Part shown: in pieces, positions 1 to 9,636 of the stretch
Layout: each line of letters opens with the position of its first letter
How positions within the stretch are numbered: the stretch's first letter is position 1
NCBI GenBank assembly: GCA_964554485.1
Contig: CAZKOX010000002.1
Location: 21,146-85,145, forward strand
DNA: 64,000 bases
Source: an uncultured Candidatus Saccharibacteria bacterium
GTDB taxonomy: Bacteria > Patescibacteriota > Saccharimonadia > Saccharimonadales > JAGQMS01
Reading direction: 5' to 3'
Notes under the pieces: model-generated
The model's input: only the letters and a program-made list of their open reading frames with translations
Database searches by the model: none
What the model was told of the DNA's origin: nothing
Program-made: the position numbers and the translations under genes

Positions 1-2211
1 TATAAGCGCTACCGATTCTTGGCCACTAACAACATTTAGTGGCAAGATTGAACGACTAACCTCTTCGCCGCTATTAAACCCTGCAACCGTTGCCATAACT
101 TCACCAACCGCCGAATCATAAATAAAATCTGTATTCGGACTTGCCGTTGACTCGTCCCACAAACCATCGCCATCAAAGTCCCACTTATATTCGTCGAAAT
201 TATTTTTGCTCGTTGCGTCAAACAATATTGGTTCATGGCTTTTAATAGTCTTTGCTTTAAACGGATCGAGAGAATCAACTGACCCGGCAGTATCAAAATT
301 CTCAATTGCCGCGAGTGGTAGAACCATTGATCGATGATTTAATATCCGCCAATACATATCAGTATAGTTAGCCTTCGTGAAACTACTATATTGCAAGAAC
401 ACCCCGCCAGTACTGTCTGCTATGCGCTTTAGCGCGGTGGTTATCATCGGTACCGTGTAAGTTATTCCGGTTGTTGAATCATAAAACTGCGCGATAGTGC
501 TTGGCACTACCACATCAACAATAACTCCCTTAGCCTGCGCCATTGCAATAGCATCGTCGACATTCCGCATTACGTTGTATGTATGATATGGATTTGTTAG
601 TTCAACTGAGCAGTTTGTTTTTGTCAGAACATCATACGTTTTTTTGCAGCGCTCGGGATGAAGTGTCGCAGGATCAGTTTCTAGTGTAGGGTTTGTATTG
701 CATTTATTTGGTGAAGTTATTCCAAAGCCAATTCGCACGTCGCTGCTACAAATATTGTATGTGTAGTCCTTGCTTGGCATTCTATTAGAAATAATAACTA
801 CGTGCTTTTCAGCGTCTTTACGCCATGCAGTCGACATAACGGCGCGTTCAATCCCCAGTTGATGTGGATCAGGCTTATCAAGTCCTCCGCCGCTCAACGT
901 TCCTGATGAGAGCTGACGAGTCATCTTGCTTATTAAGCTATCGATATTTGCTGTAAGACTTTGATGAATTGCAACTTTTGGTATTCGTCTATTTGGTAAA
1001 TCACCATTTTCAGAATATTCGCCGATACCATAAAGAACGTTACTGTAAAAATATGAAAGTGGCGGCAACACAGTGTTTGTGTTTATGCGCATCTGCCCAA
1101 GCACATCATCGACCCCGGCACTGGTGTTTAGCATCATCATCACGTCAATCGGCTTGTCGTTCGGACTAATAGGTGCAACCTGCGAAGGCGAACCATCGGG
1201 ATTCTTCCCACCTCGATTTTTATCAAGCAGACTAATGCTTGGTGCCAGTCTTTGAACAATTTCATCAGCAGCCTGTGGTGCGCCAAAAGTTGCATAGCGC
1301 ATATGGCCGTTTGAATAATCAGCATATGTTGGCGTCGAACCATTCTGGAAACTTGAAACTACGGTTTGAAAAATTCCCGACCCACCAGAACAAACAAAAT
1401 CATCATTAAAGCACCAGCTTAGTGTTTTATATTTTAGGTCGGTTGGGACATATGGAATACGTGCGTCGGCTAAACCACGGTCGCTTAAGCCAGCACTACC
1501 GCGCTTCCACGGTTTAGCTTTTGGTCGCGTAAAAATAGTCGATAGCGAATCAAACCAATTGAGCATGCTTGAGGAGTTGCTAATATCGCTGCCGACATAT
1601 TTTGGATCACCAAACAAAGCTAGCGCAGAAACATGCTCACGCTCCTCTGCGCTCAGCATAAAAACCGACTCTCCCATGACTTGCGCGCCTTGCGAATAGC
1701 CTCCCAAAACTAAACGCTGATCCGGACATAAAGCAATTTGATCTTTAATATATCCAACCGTTTCTTCTTTGCCATCACCAACACTTTTGTTGTATTCGCC
1801 AAAAGGAAACCACGAAAATTCTGCCTGCACTGCATTAAAAAATGTTTGAGCGCTAAAGATACCAACTGCCTTATATCCTTTGGGACTGTAGAGGTTAGGG
1901 AAGTTATGAACCGACACTGCCTTATATGTAACTAGCGGATACTCCCCATCCATCTTCGTTTGAAAAGCTTGAAAAAACGCCCCTGGCACCTTCTCCAAAT
2001 CGGAAAATCTGTCATCAAAGGGGTCGTTAATGAAGTTACCTTCCGGATTATCGCTCGAACCTCTCGTAAATATAATTAATACATCAGCGCACTGCGAACT
2101 CGAATTTGACACCTTGCCAGCTACTACTAATTGGCAAAACATGAGGAATGAAAAAATGCATATTAACGTAAATAAAACGATGCTACGGTTACGGCGTATT
2201 GACTGATACAT
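1..2211 (-). CDS. Secreted multidomain protein, C-terminus cut by the window edge: signal peptide, cutinase-like serine hydrolase domain, vWA-like region, PKD-like repeat
   Basis: Absent from the ORF track because no stop codon lies inside the window. Manual reverse translation from ATG at 2211 gives MYQSIRRNRSIVLFTLICIFSFLMFCQLVVAG (signal-like), then ..RLVLGGYSQGAQVMGE.. (GYSQG nucleophile elbow as in cutinases), ..WCFNDDFVCSGG.. and ..NGHMRY. Further on come IDVMMMLNTSAG (degenerate MIDAS-like) and YKWDFDGDGLWD (PKD-like). The segments I translated by hand are stop-free, and the track lists no ORF ending in this frame, so the frame appears open down to base 1. Confidence 0.7.
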   Translation of the reverse strand, partial: MYQSIRRNRSIVLFTLICIFSFLMFCQLVVAGKVSNSSSQCADVLIIFTRGSSDNPEGNFINDPFDDRFSDLEKVPGAFFQAFQTKMDGEYPLVTYKAVSVHNFPNLYSPKGYKAVGIFSAQTFFNAVQAEFSWFPFGEYNKSVGDGKEETVGYIKDQIALCPDQRLVLGGYSQGAQVMGESVFMLSAEEREHVSALALFGDPKYVGSDISNSSSMLNWFDSLSTIFTRPKAKPWKRGSAGLSDRGLADARIPYVPTDLKYKTLSWCFNDDFVCSGGSGIFQTVVSSFQNGSTPTYADYSNGHMRYATFGAPQAADEIVQRLAPSISLLDKNRGGKNPDGSPSQVAPISPNDKPIDVMMMLNTSAGVDDVLGQMRINTNTVLPPLSYFYSNVLYGIGEYSENGDLPNRRIPKVAIHQSLTANIDSLISKMTRQLSSGTLSGGGLDKPDPHQLGIERAVMSTAWRKDAEKHVVIISNRMPSKDYTYNICSSDVRIGFGITSPNKCNTNPTLETDPATLHPERCKKTYDVLTKTNCSVELTNPYHTYNVMRNVDDAIAMAQAKGVIVDVVVPSTIAQFYDSTTGITYTVPMITTALKRIADSTGGVFLQYSSFTKANYTDMYWRILNHRSMVLPLAAIENFDTAGSVDSLDPFKAKTIKSHEPILFDATSKNNFDEYKWDFDGDGLWDESTASPNTDFIYDSAVGEVMATVAGFNSGEEVSRSILPLNVVSGQESVALI

Positions 2212-2647
2212 ATACTTGACTATTACTTATATCTAGGTCACTTCCGATATCAAGTCCCTCGATAGAACATTCAAGTGTAAATTTAGAGTTTGGTGAGTCA
2301 ATATAAGAATTGTCTTCTACTCCAACCGCCGGACATCCTGAACTCATAAGAACAAGTTTTAGGTGTTCTACACCCACCCCGAATGGTGTAGAAAAAGTTT
2401 TGCTCTTATGGAAACAGGCAGTACCAGGCTCAATCGGGCAGGCACGGCCGGCAATACCACTATTTTCAGAAGATGATGTCTCTACCCAGTCGGCAGGAAT
2501 TTCGATTTTATTAAAAACCCTTTCAACATCTGCAAAATTCGGCTGCGAGCTTTTGAATGGATATACAAAAAGGTTAATAATACTAAGAACAATAAGAACC
2601 GCCACAACTATAGCTGCAATAACCAACCGCTTACCCGCTTTGTTCAT
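2189..2647 (-). CDS. Hypothetical membrane-anchored protein (one N-terminal TM helix)
   Basis: 152-aa ORF. N-terminus is MNKAGKRLVIAAIVVAVLIVLSIINLFVY. It overlaps the downstream gene start by 23 nt. No recognisable family. Confidence 0.5.
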   Translation of the reverse strand: MNKAGKRLVIAAIVVAVLIVLSIINLFVYPFKSSQPNFADVERVFNKIEIPADWVETSSSENSGIAGRACPIEPGTACFHKSKTFSTPFGVGVEHLKLVLMSSGCPAVGVEDNSYIDSPNSKFTLECSIEGLDIGSDLDISNSQVYVSVNTP

Positions 2648-2754
2648 AAACCCCCTCTAGCTTTATCTTGGATTATCCTCCTACGCCAACCTCATATCAA
2701 CAGACAACCACTAGCCTTATCCACACTTCACTCACTTTAGAATTATATGTTCAG

Positions 2755-3306
2755 TTAGGATATTTTTGGTTTGAGCTTTTTGGAAATCTTTTTTGCAGAT
2801 TCTTTGGTAGATTTTTCATCTTCTTGAGTCTCAACTTCTTCGGAAAGATCTTTGGTCGATGGGGCTTTGATAATCACGTGTCGGTCATACCTATCGCCCA
2901 CCGACTCGGTGGATAGTCCGCTGTCGCCTGCTACCTTGTGAACGATCCGCCGGAAGGCAGGGTTCATTGGTCGAAGCTCCATGTCTTTGCCGCTGGCTTT
3001 AACTTCTGCCACCCAGTGTTCGACTTGTTCGGCAAGACGATCATTCTGAGCTTTTTTATAGTCCGCTACGTCGACATTGACTCGATGATATTCAAACTTC
3101 TTGTTTAGCAGCGCGCTCATAACCATGTACTGCAGCGCCCGCACAGTATCACCGCGTTGACCTATCAAAAAACCATTCAAATGAGTTGAAGGAATGTTAA
3201 GTTCGATAACATCCTCGTCGTGAGTGGCGTGGACGTCGACATTTAGGCCAAAGAACGAAAGCAGATCTTCTAGATATTTTTTAGCAAACGTAATTGCTTC
3301 TTCCAT
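2755..3306 (-). CDS. jag: Jag/KhpB-type RNA-binding protein (KH plus R3H domains)
   Basis: 183 aa. Contains LIGQRGDTVRALQYM (KH-like) and RPMNPAFRRIVHKVAGDSGLSTESVG..RHVII (R3H). Sits in the conserved position downstream of yidC. Confidence 0.8.
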   Translation of the reverse strand: MEEAITFAKKYLEDLLSFFGLNVDVHATHDEDVIELNIPSTHLNGFLIGQRGDTVRALQYMVMSALLNKKFEYHRVNVDVADYKKAQNDRLAEQVEHWVAEVKASGKDMELRPMNPAFRRIVHKVAGDSGLSTESVGDRYDRHVIIKAPSTKDLSEEVETQEDEKSTKESAKKISKKLKPKIS

Positions 3307-3313
3307 CTCTCAA

Positions 3314-4234
3314 CTACCTCCGTTTCTTTTTATGTGCTGAACCCCCTTTTTTGCTGCTTTTTGATTTTTTGGTTTTTGTTTTTTCGATTACCGTTGCTTT
3401 GACTTTTGTGCCATCAACAACCGCTTCTAATTCAACCTCATCTTCACGTAGCGTACGCTTCTGCTGGTAGTAAGTAACGATTCCGCCAACTAACCAATAC
3501 AATGAAATAGCAGCTGCTAGACCAATTGATATAAAGAAGATCATCCCAGGAATAATAAAACGCATCATGCCGCTAACTGCTGCACTCACCTCGGCCTGGT
3601 CGGCCTGTTGACCTGTAGATCCGGCTTCTTTTAGCAACTGTTTGAGCGACTTAGCGTCTTTGTCGGTAACGGCGAGCTGTTTGCTGGTGAAGTATTGAGT
3701 AACGCTTGATGCGATAACGATCAGAAAAGCCGGCCAGTAAAAATTATCCCCGATAGCTTTGCGGGTTAGATCGATTACACCAAAAAGGGAATTGTCGAAT
3801 AGGGAGACATCATTTGCAATATGCTCCATCCACGACAAACCCTGCACCCATGAGTATGAAAAACTATAGACTGTGCTTGGGTCGTGAACAATTTTATTAA
3901 TGCCTGCGAACAAGGCAAAGAGAATTGGAAGCTGCACGAACATTAGGCCGATTGGCGAAAATGGATTAATGCTGCGCTCTTTGTATAACGCCATTGTAAG
4001 CATGCCTTCGCGTTGCTTGTCGCCTTTTGTTTCTTGCTTGATGCGCTTAACTTCTGGTTGAAGTTCACGCATCGCCTTAGTGTGGTGTAGTTGTTTGCGG
4101 GCAATAGGCCACACAACAAATCGCATAATAATCGTAAAAATGATTAGGGCTAGACCAAAGTCGTGGCCAGGAATAATCGCATAGATTAGCGTAAGGATAT
4201 TAAATATTGGTCGGACTAAAATAGTTTCAAACAT
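3314..4234 (-). CDS. yidC: Membrane protein insertase YidC/Oxa1 family
   Basis: 306 aa, multi-TM, basic C-terminal tail (KKSKSSKKGGSAHKKKRR). Part of the rpmH-rnpA-yidC-jag synteny. Confidence 0.85.
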   Translation of the reverse strand: MFETILVRPIFNILTLIYAIIPGHDFGLALIIFTIIMRFVVWPIARKQLHHTKAMRELQPEVKRIKQETKGDKQREGMLTMALYKERSINPFSPIGLMFVQLPILFALFAGINKIVHDPSTVYSFSYSWVQGLSWMEHIANDVSLFDNSLFGVIDLTRKAIGDNFYWPAFLIVIASSVTQYFTSKQLAVTDKDAKSLKQLLKEAGSTGQQADQAEVSAAVSGMMRFIIPGMIFFISIGLAAAISLYWLVGGIVTYYQQKRTLREDEVELEAVVDGTKVKATVIEKTKTKKSKSSKKGGSAHKKKRR

Positions 4235-4282
4235 TGCTATTACTATACCACGCCAGGGGCGATGAAAGAGATATCTAACTCC

Positions 4283-4624
4283 CTAAACTTCAAGTTCTCT
4301 TGTGGCGCTTAAGAAAACTTTTCTTAATTCTGATGCGGATATTTTTGCAACCGACTCATCAAATACTGAAATAACTAAATCAAGGTTTGATAGTTTATCT
4401 CCAAGCTCGACACGAACTAATTCATATAACCGACGCCTGATTTGATTGCGCGTTGGCGCACTCTTACTAACCTTTTTACTAACAACAACGGCGACCCTAT
4501 ATGTATCGCGTCTAGAGTTTGGTGCATATTTAATAGAAAAATATTTGGTACGCAAAGTCTTGCCCTGCCTATAGACATAGTTAAGGCTGTTGGTGCCATG
4601 AAAACGATTAGCCGAGGAGACCAT
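4283..4624 (-). CDS. rnpA: Ribonuclease P protein component
   Basis: 113 aa, basic, with an RNQIRRRLYELVR motif. Lies immediately downstream of rpmH. Confidence 0.85.
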   Translation of the reverse strand: MVSSANRFHGTNSLNYVYRQGKTLRTKYFSIKYAPNSRRDTYRVAVVVSKKVSKSAPTRNQIRRRLYELVRVELGDKLSNLDLVISVFDESVAKISASELRKVFLSATRELEV

Positions 4625-4660
4625 AGTAATTATTATGCGCCTTTTTTAGGGGCGAGTTAA

Positions 4661-4798
4661 TTATTTACTAAGGCGTTTTCGAAGCTTTAGTCGTCGGCTC
4701 TTTAAAACTTTACGTCCAGCTTTGCTAGCCATTCGCTTCATAAAGCCATGCTCTCGCTTAGCTTTGCGTTTCTTTGGTTGGTAGGTTCTTTTTGGCAT
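4661..4798 (-). CDS. rpmH: 50S ribosomal protein L34
   Basis: Below the ORF-track size cutoff. Manual translation gives [45 protein letters not shown], 45 aa, the canonical L34 sequence pattern. Confidence 0.9.
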   Translation of the reverse strand: MPKRTYQPKKRKAKREHGFMKRMASKAGRKVLKSRRLKLRKRLSK

Positions 4799-5075
4799 AT
4801 CTTTTTCCTTGTTCTTACAAATTGTTTAATGATTGTAAAAAGTACAAAATTTACCAACAGATTCTAACCTATTTTCCACACCTTTTCTAGTGTTATGCAC
4901 GACTTCTTATCTGTTTGGTTTTATTGTGCATAAGTCTATCTCTGTTTGGGCGAGTTTTGTTGTGAAATTATAAAACATGCATAATCCTGTGGAAAAGTCT
5001 GGTAATCTTTTTGTATAGTATTTTTGTAAAGAAATATTCAGGTAGCTTTGGCATAAAAAGGAGTGTTTTAGGGTA
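4799..5075. promoter_or_regulatory. oriC candidate, left part: DnaA-box cluster in the rpmH-dnaA intergenic region (includes the dnaA promoter)
   Basis: TTTTCCACA at 4872-4880 and its inverted copy TGTGGAAAA at 4988-4996. TTATGCACG at 4893-4901. TGTGCATAA (TTATGCACA on the other strand) at 4925-4933. Each has 1-2 mismatches to TTATCCACA. Gene orientation flips here. Confidence 0.6.
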
Positions 5076-6431
5076 ATGCACGAAGAAGCCTTATGGCAAA
5101 CAGTTCTAGGTGAAATAGAGGTCTCCGTATCAAGGGGCAGCTTTGTCACCTGGTTTAAGAACACTCGATTATTAAAATATAGCAACGAGTCAATTGTGAT
5201 TGGTGTGCCGAACATCTTCGCCAAACAACAACTTGAAGTTAAGTATCACAAATTAATATCTGAAACCCTTGGACGCAACGGCGCGACACCAGAAAAATTA
5301 GAGTTCAAGATTCATTCTTCTGTCGCTCCAAAACGCGACGACGACGAAACAATGATTCTAAATCAAGTTTCAACTCCTGTCGTAAAACGCGCACCATCAA
5401 TTGGCCACGCCTATCGTCAAGGTCTTAACGAACGCTACACTTTTGATAACTTTATTGTTGGATCTGGTAGTGAATTTGCCTATGCCGCTTGCCAAGGCAT
5501 TGCCCAAAATCCTGGAAACAAGTACAACCCGTTATTTATTTACGGAGGCGTAGGAATTGGTAAGACTCATCTCATTCAAGCGGTCGGTAATGCGATTCTC
5601 GCCAACAACCCGTCAGCTAAAGTTGTGTATATTTCTAGCGAACAGTTCGTGCAGGAATTCTTAGACGCTATACGATTTAAAAAAATAACCGACTTTGCTG
5701 GTCACTATCGAAGCGCCGACGTGTTGATTATTGATGATATGCAGTTTATTGCTGGTAAGGAAAAAACTCAGGAAGAATTCTTCCATACTTTCAATGCGCT
5801 ACATCAAGCAAATAAACAAATTATTATTAGTAGCGATAAGCCACCTCACGCTATACCAACTCTTGAAGAGCGATTGCGAAGTCGTTTTGCGATGGGAATG
5901 ACTGTTGATATGCACGCTCCGGACTTTGAAACCCGCTGCGCAATTCTTCAGACTAAATCAACCGACAGAGGTCTTACTCTGCAACCCGATGTGATTGATT
6001 ATCTAGCTAACCATATTCAAACCAACGTTCGTGAACTTGAGGGCGCCCTAAATCATCTGATCGCTTTTTGTGAAATGCGTGGACTTCAGCCAGACTTGTC
6101 TATCGCCTCGAGTTTATTTGCCGGCAGTAAGACTAGGCCAAAGCATATAAGCGCCCGGGTGATTATCGAAAAGACGGCGAAGCATTTTCAATTGAATGTC
6201 GACGAGATCACTGGTCCAAAACGCGACAAAGAAATCGTAGTGCCAAGGCAAGTGGCGATGTATCTACTGCGCAGCGAGCTCCACATGAGCTTTCCAAAGG
6301 TTGCCCACGAGCTTGGAAAAAAAGACCATACCACCGCCATTCATTCTATCGACAAAATCGAACGTGAACTTCAAATTGACGTTATTTTGCGCCAGCATAT
6401 TGAAGAGATTAGGGAGCTTTTGAATGTTTAG
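5076..6431 (+). CDS. dnaA: Chromosomal replication initiator protein DnaA
   Basis: 451 aa. Walker A GGVGIGKTHL, box VII and the C-terminal DNA-binding helix (HTTAIHSIDKI). Confidence 0.95.
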   Translation: MHEEALWQTVLGEIEVSVSRGSFVTWFKNTRLLKYSNESIVIGVPNIFAKQQLEVKYHKLISETLGRNGATPEKLEFKIHSSVAPKRDDDETMILNQVSTPVVKRAPSIGHAYRQGLNERYTFDNFIVGSGSEFAYAACQGIAQNPGNKYNPLFIYGGVGIGKTHLIQAVGNAILANNPSAKVVYISSEQFVQEFLDAIRFKKITDFAGHYRSADVLIIDDMQFIAGKEKTQEEFFHTFNALHQANKQIIISSDKPPHAIPTLEERLRSRFAMGMTVDMHAPDFETRCAILQTKSTDRGLTLQPDVIDYLANHIQTNVRELEGALNHLIAFCEMRGLQPDLSIASSLFAGSKTRPKHISARVIIEKTAKHFQLNVDEITGPKRDKEIVVPRQVAMYLLRSELHMSFPKVAHELGKKDHTTAIHSIDKIERELQIDVILRQHIEEIRELLNV

Positions 6432-6669
6432 GTTGTGGATAGACCGTTTACAAGTTTGTGGTTTATTTTTGTACAACTATGCTTGGTTATACCCAGTGTC
6501 CACAGTTTTATGGTTCACAAAAGCTTTGACTGATAGTTTGTACAAATTATCTACTCAGAGTTTACCCAGCATAATCCACTATGATTTTTCAAATTTAACA
6601 GGGGTTTTTGGTGTTTTATACCCACAATCCACAGAGCCTATAACTACTACTACACTTATATAAAGGAGA
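6432..6669. promoter_or_regulatory. oriC candidate, right part: DnaA-box cluster in the dnaA-dnaN intergenic region
   Basis: TGTGGATAG (CTATCCACA) at 6434-6442. GTGTCCACA at 6496-6504. TAATCCACT at 6572-6580. CAATCCACA at 6625-6633. AT-rich stretch at 6450-6480. Only a weak 79-aa ORF is present. Confidence 0.55.
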
Positions 6670-7773
6670 ATGACTATGAAGCTTCAATTAACACAAGAAA
6701 ACCTAAACAAGGCTTTGGCAAATGTTGCTAGGGTAGCTATATCGTCACGAAATCCTCTACCGATTCTGAATAATATTTTATTAAAAACCGTCGACAATCG
6801 CCTAACCGTTTCAGCTACCAACCTTGAGATTGCAATCACCGAACACGTTGGTGCAAAAGTTAGTGTTGAAGGATCAGTAACCGTTCCAGCAAGACTATTT
6901 CAGGAATATATTGCTAGTCTCCCTGCCGGCAATATTGATTTGAGCGTTAAAGATAATAAGGTTCATATTTCGACGGGTTCATATAAATCAACTATCAACG
7001 GAATGGCAGCAGATGAGTTTCCGGTTGTTCCAAACCTTGAGCGAACCGGCGGCTGGACGATTGGTGCAAAAGAATTAAAACGTGGTTTACAGCAAGTTAT
7101 CTTTGCTGCCGCTAATGACGAGACCCGTCCTTTGCTTACTGGAGTGTTTCTACATACCTACGAAGGTTTTTTATATGCTGTTGCGACAGATAGTTATCGA
7201 CTTGCTGAAAAGCGACTCATACCGCTTAAAAAGGATATTAGTTTGGTTGTGCCTTCAACCGCCTTGCAGGACTTAATGAGAATAATCGGCGACAACACAG
7301 AAACTGAAGTAAAAATTTATGAAGACGGCCAACAAGTTTTGTTTGCTGTTGGCGAGAGTGAATTAATCTCAAGACTAGTCGACGGCAACTACCCAGACTA
7401 CCGAAAACTAATACCATCTTCTTTTTCTATAACAGCCGAGTTTGAACGTAGCGAACTAACCAATGTTACGAAAGTTGCTAGTTTATTCGCTAGGGAGAGC
7501 GCCGGTAGTATTGTTATTAACTTTAACGAAGCTGAAAAGAAAGTATCGATTTCGTCGGTTGCTTCTCAACTTGGAGAAAATACCTCTACTATTTCAACGC
7601 AAGTAACCGGTACTGGTGAAGTATCTCTAAACTCTAGATATTTGATAGATGCTCTTGGTGCTTTTCATGGCGAAAACACAAGTTTTTCATGCAACGGACG
7701 CGTAGAAGCTTGTATCTTAAGATCTCCAGACGAAGACGACTATCTACATATTATAATGCCGCTAAAGAGCTAG
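6670..7773 (+). CDS. dnaN: DNA polymerase III beta sliding clamp
   Basis: 367 aa, three-domain clamp pattern, GGAGA RBS, dnaA-dnaN-recF synteny. Confidence 0.9.
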   Translation: MTMKLQLTQENLNKALANVARVAISSRNPLPILNNILLKTVDNRLTVSATNLEIAITEHVGAKVSVEGSVTVPARLFQEYIASLPAGNIDLSVKDNKVHISTGSYKSTINGMAADEFPVVPNLERTGGWTIGAKELKRGLQQVIFAAANDETRPLLTGVFLHTYEGFLYAVATDSYRLAEKRLIPLKKDISLVVPSTALQDLMRIIGDNTETEVKIYEDGQQVLFAVGESELISRLVDGNYPDYRKLIPSSFSITAEFERSELTNVTKVASLFARESAGSIVINFNEAEKKVSISSVASQLGENTSTISTQVTGTGEVSLNSRYLIDALGAFHGENTSFSCNGRVEACILRSPDEDDYLHIIMPLKS

Positions 7774-7801
7774 TAGACCGGTTATAGTCTAGAATAAACA
7801 C

Positions 7802-8872
7802 ATGAGCCTTCAGAGTATTACTCTATATAATTTTCGGTCCTATAAAGAGGAATCTTTTGAGTTCTCTGATGGTGTAAACATTATTATTGGACCAAATGCA
7901 GCCGGAAAAACTAACCTTCTTGAAGCGGTCTATGTAAGTTTCTTAGGCAAAGGTTTTCGCTCCAAGCAAGATAGCGACTTAATAAACGATGGACAGGCTT
8001 GGGCGAAAATAGATTCAATTCTAGACGAACAAGAGCGTACGGTGATACTAGAAAAGCCGTCACCCGAGGTGCGTTTAAAAAAGAAATTTATATTTGGAGG
8101 TAATGAGAAACTACGACTAGGTTTTGACGACATTAAGCCGCTTGTTTTGTTTCAGCCAGATGACCTTAGGTTGATTGGTAGTAGTCCAGGACGTAGACGT
8201 GATTATATTGATGATTTTTTATCACAACTTATTCCTACATATCGCCAAGACCTGTCCGCCTATAACCGTGCCTTACTCCAGCGCAACAGCTATCTAAAAA
8301 ACCTTCGCAGCAACGCAAACGACCAAATGTTCGTTTGGAATATGCAGCTTGCCGAGCGCGGCGGAAGAATAATACAAAGACGACTAAAATTACTCAACAT
8401 GTTAAGTAATAAGATTAGCGATGTTTATAGTCGGGTAGCTGGCAACCCACACAAACTGACGATTAAATACGAAAGTGATATAAACCTAGACAACTATTCA
8501 AACTCACTACTTCAAGCTCTTGAAAAGTCTACAGCTCAAGATAGGTCGCGAGGTTTTACGAGCGTTGGTGTGCATCGTGACAATATTGCAATTTCGATAG
8601 ACGGCAAGCCCTTCAAGAACGTGGCGTCACGCGGCGAAAACCGAACCTTAATTTTGGCATTAAAGATTATTGAACTCGAAGAACTTGAAGAAGCCCGGCA
8701 GACTCCCCCGCTGCTGCTGCTCGACGACGTTTTTAGTGAACTAGACGGCTCGCGGCGCAGTTTGCTGACGAAGTACCTTAAGAACCATCAGACGCTCATT
8801 ACGACGACGGACGCAGACATTACCCAAAAGCGCTTCTCGAGCGCCGCCAATACCATTAGTATTGCGTCTTAA
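7802..8872 (+). CDS. recF: DNA replication and repair protein RecF
   Basis: 356 aa. N-terminal Walker A GPNAAGKTNLLEA and C-terminal LLLLDDVFSELD Walker B/signature region. Confidence 0.9.
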   Translation: MSLQSITLYNFRSYKEESFEFSDGVNIIIGPNAAGKTNLLEAVYVSFLGKGFRSKQDSDLINDGQAWAKIDSILDEQERTVILEKPSPEVRLKKKFIFGGNEKLRLGFDDIKPLVLFQPDDLRLIGSSPGRRRDYIDDFLSQLIPTYRQDLSAYNRALLQRNSYLKNLRSNANDQMFVWNMQLAERGGRIIQRRLKLLNMLSNKISDVYSRVAGNPHKLTIKYESDINLDNYSNSLLQALEKSTAQDRSRGFTSVGVHRDNIAISIDGKPFKNVASRGENRTLILALKIIELEELEEARQTPPLLLLDDVFSELDGSRRSLLTKYLKNHQTLITTTDADITQKRFSSAANTISIAS

Positions 8873-9634
8873 TCAATCTTCGTCGGAGTAGTCTGGGTCG
8901 TAATAGAACAGTGGCGATATATAACTTTGTTTATACTCGGTTTGGCCACTTTCTGTGTTGATAGCCGGGTAAAATACTTCAATATATTTATCAACAATAT
9001 TCTCATCACCAACCACTTTTCTTATATAATCAAGAGCTTCTGCCTTAAGCTCTTCGGTGAAAAAGTCTAGCCTGACTACAACTTTTAGCGATCTGTCTGA
9101 ATAGGAGATGCTATAATTTTCTGAATCATAAGGAAGAATACCGATAAGTTGGTTCAGCTTATTATTAGACGGGAGCTCAGAGTCGATATTGCGCCCTGTT
9201 TTTATGTCAGTAATTGATATTTTAATTCTGAAATTGCTTAGCAGTTTAATCGATATTTTAATTTCATCCGAACTAGACCCATACTTACCTTCAAGGGAAA
9301 TATCTGAACCGTTTTTTGTCACAGACTTTTTAGATATAGCAAATCCTATCGCCTTCGTTGAGTTAGTTATGTACGGCTGATAGGTCTTTTTTCCGAAAGT
9401 GTATATATCTTTTCTAACTCTATCGTATGCGTCGATGCTACCAACGGCATTCAATAGATCCTCAGAGTCTACTAAGGAAGCACTATCGGAGTAGTCCAAT
9501 ACTATTCCATCGCCGTCTGGAGGCGTATCGATATTATCCTTTGTGAAGATAGCTATAAAACCAACAACCGTAATAAGCACCAAAGATGCGATTATTAATT
9601 TTTTATTGAACATCCGTTTAATTGGTATATGCAT
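8873..9634 (-). CDS. Membrane-anchored protein, last gene of the T4SS-like operon (possible VirB8/PrgL-like component; speculative)
   Basis: 253 aa. Single N-terminal TM (LIIASLVLITVVGFIAIF) followed by a soluble domain. Only a 2-nt gap to the upstream gene. No motif recognised. Confidence 0.4.
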   Translation of the reverse strand: MHIPIKRMFNKKLIIASLVLITVVGFIAIFTKDNIDTPPDGDGIVLDYSDSASLVDSEDLLNAVGSIDAYDRVRKDIYTFGKKTYQPYITNSTKAIGFAISKKSVTKNGSDISLEGKYGSSSDEIKISIKLLSNFRIKISITDIKTGRNIDSELPSNNKLNQLIGILPYDSENYSISYSDRSLKVVVRLDFFTEELKAEALDYIRKVVGDENIVDKYIEVFYPAINTESGQTEYKQSYISPLFYYDPDYSDED

Positions 9635-9636
9635 AA

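Noticed and set aside
1-2188. A 2.2-kb stretch with no long ORF in the supplied track. I considered an alternative genetic code (UGA sense, as in some CPR lineages) or a non-coding region.
   Set aside because: Manual translation shows one continuous standard-code minus-strand ORF starting at 2211 and running off the window edge. The track appears to omit ORFs that have no stop codon inside the window (the same applies to polA at 63013). All other long genes are intact under the standard code.
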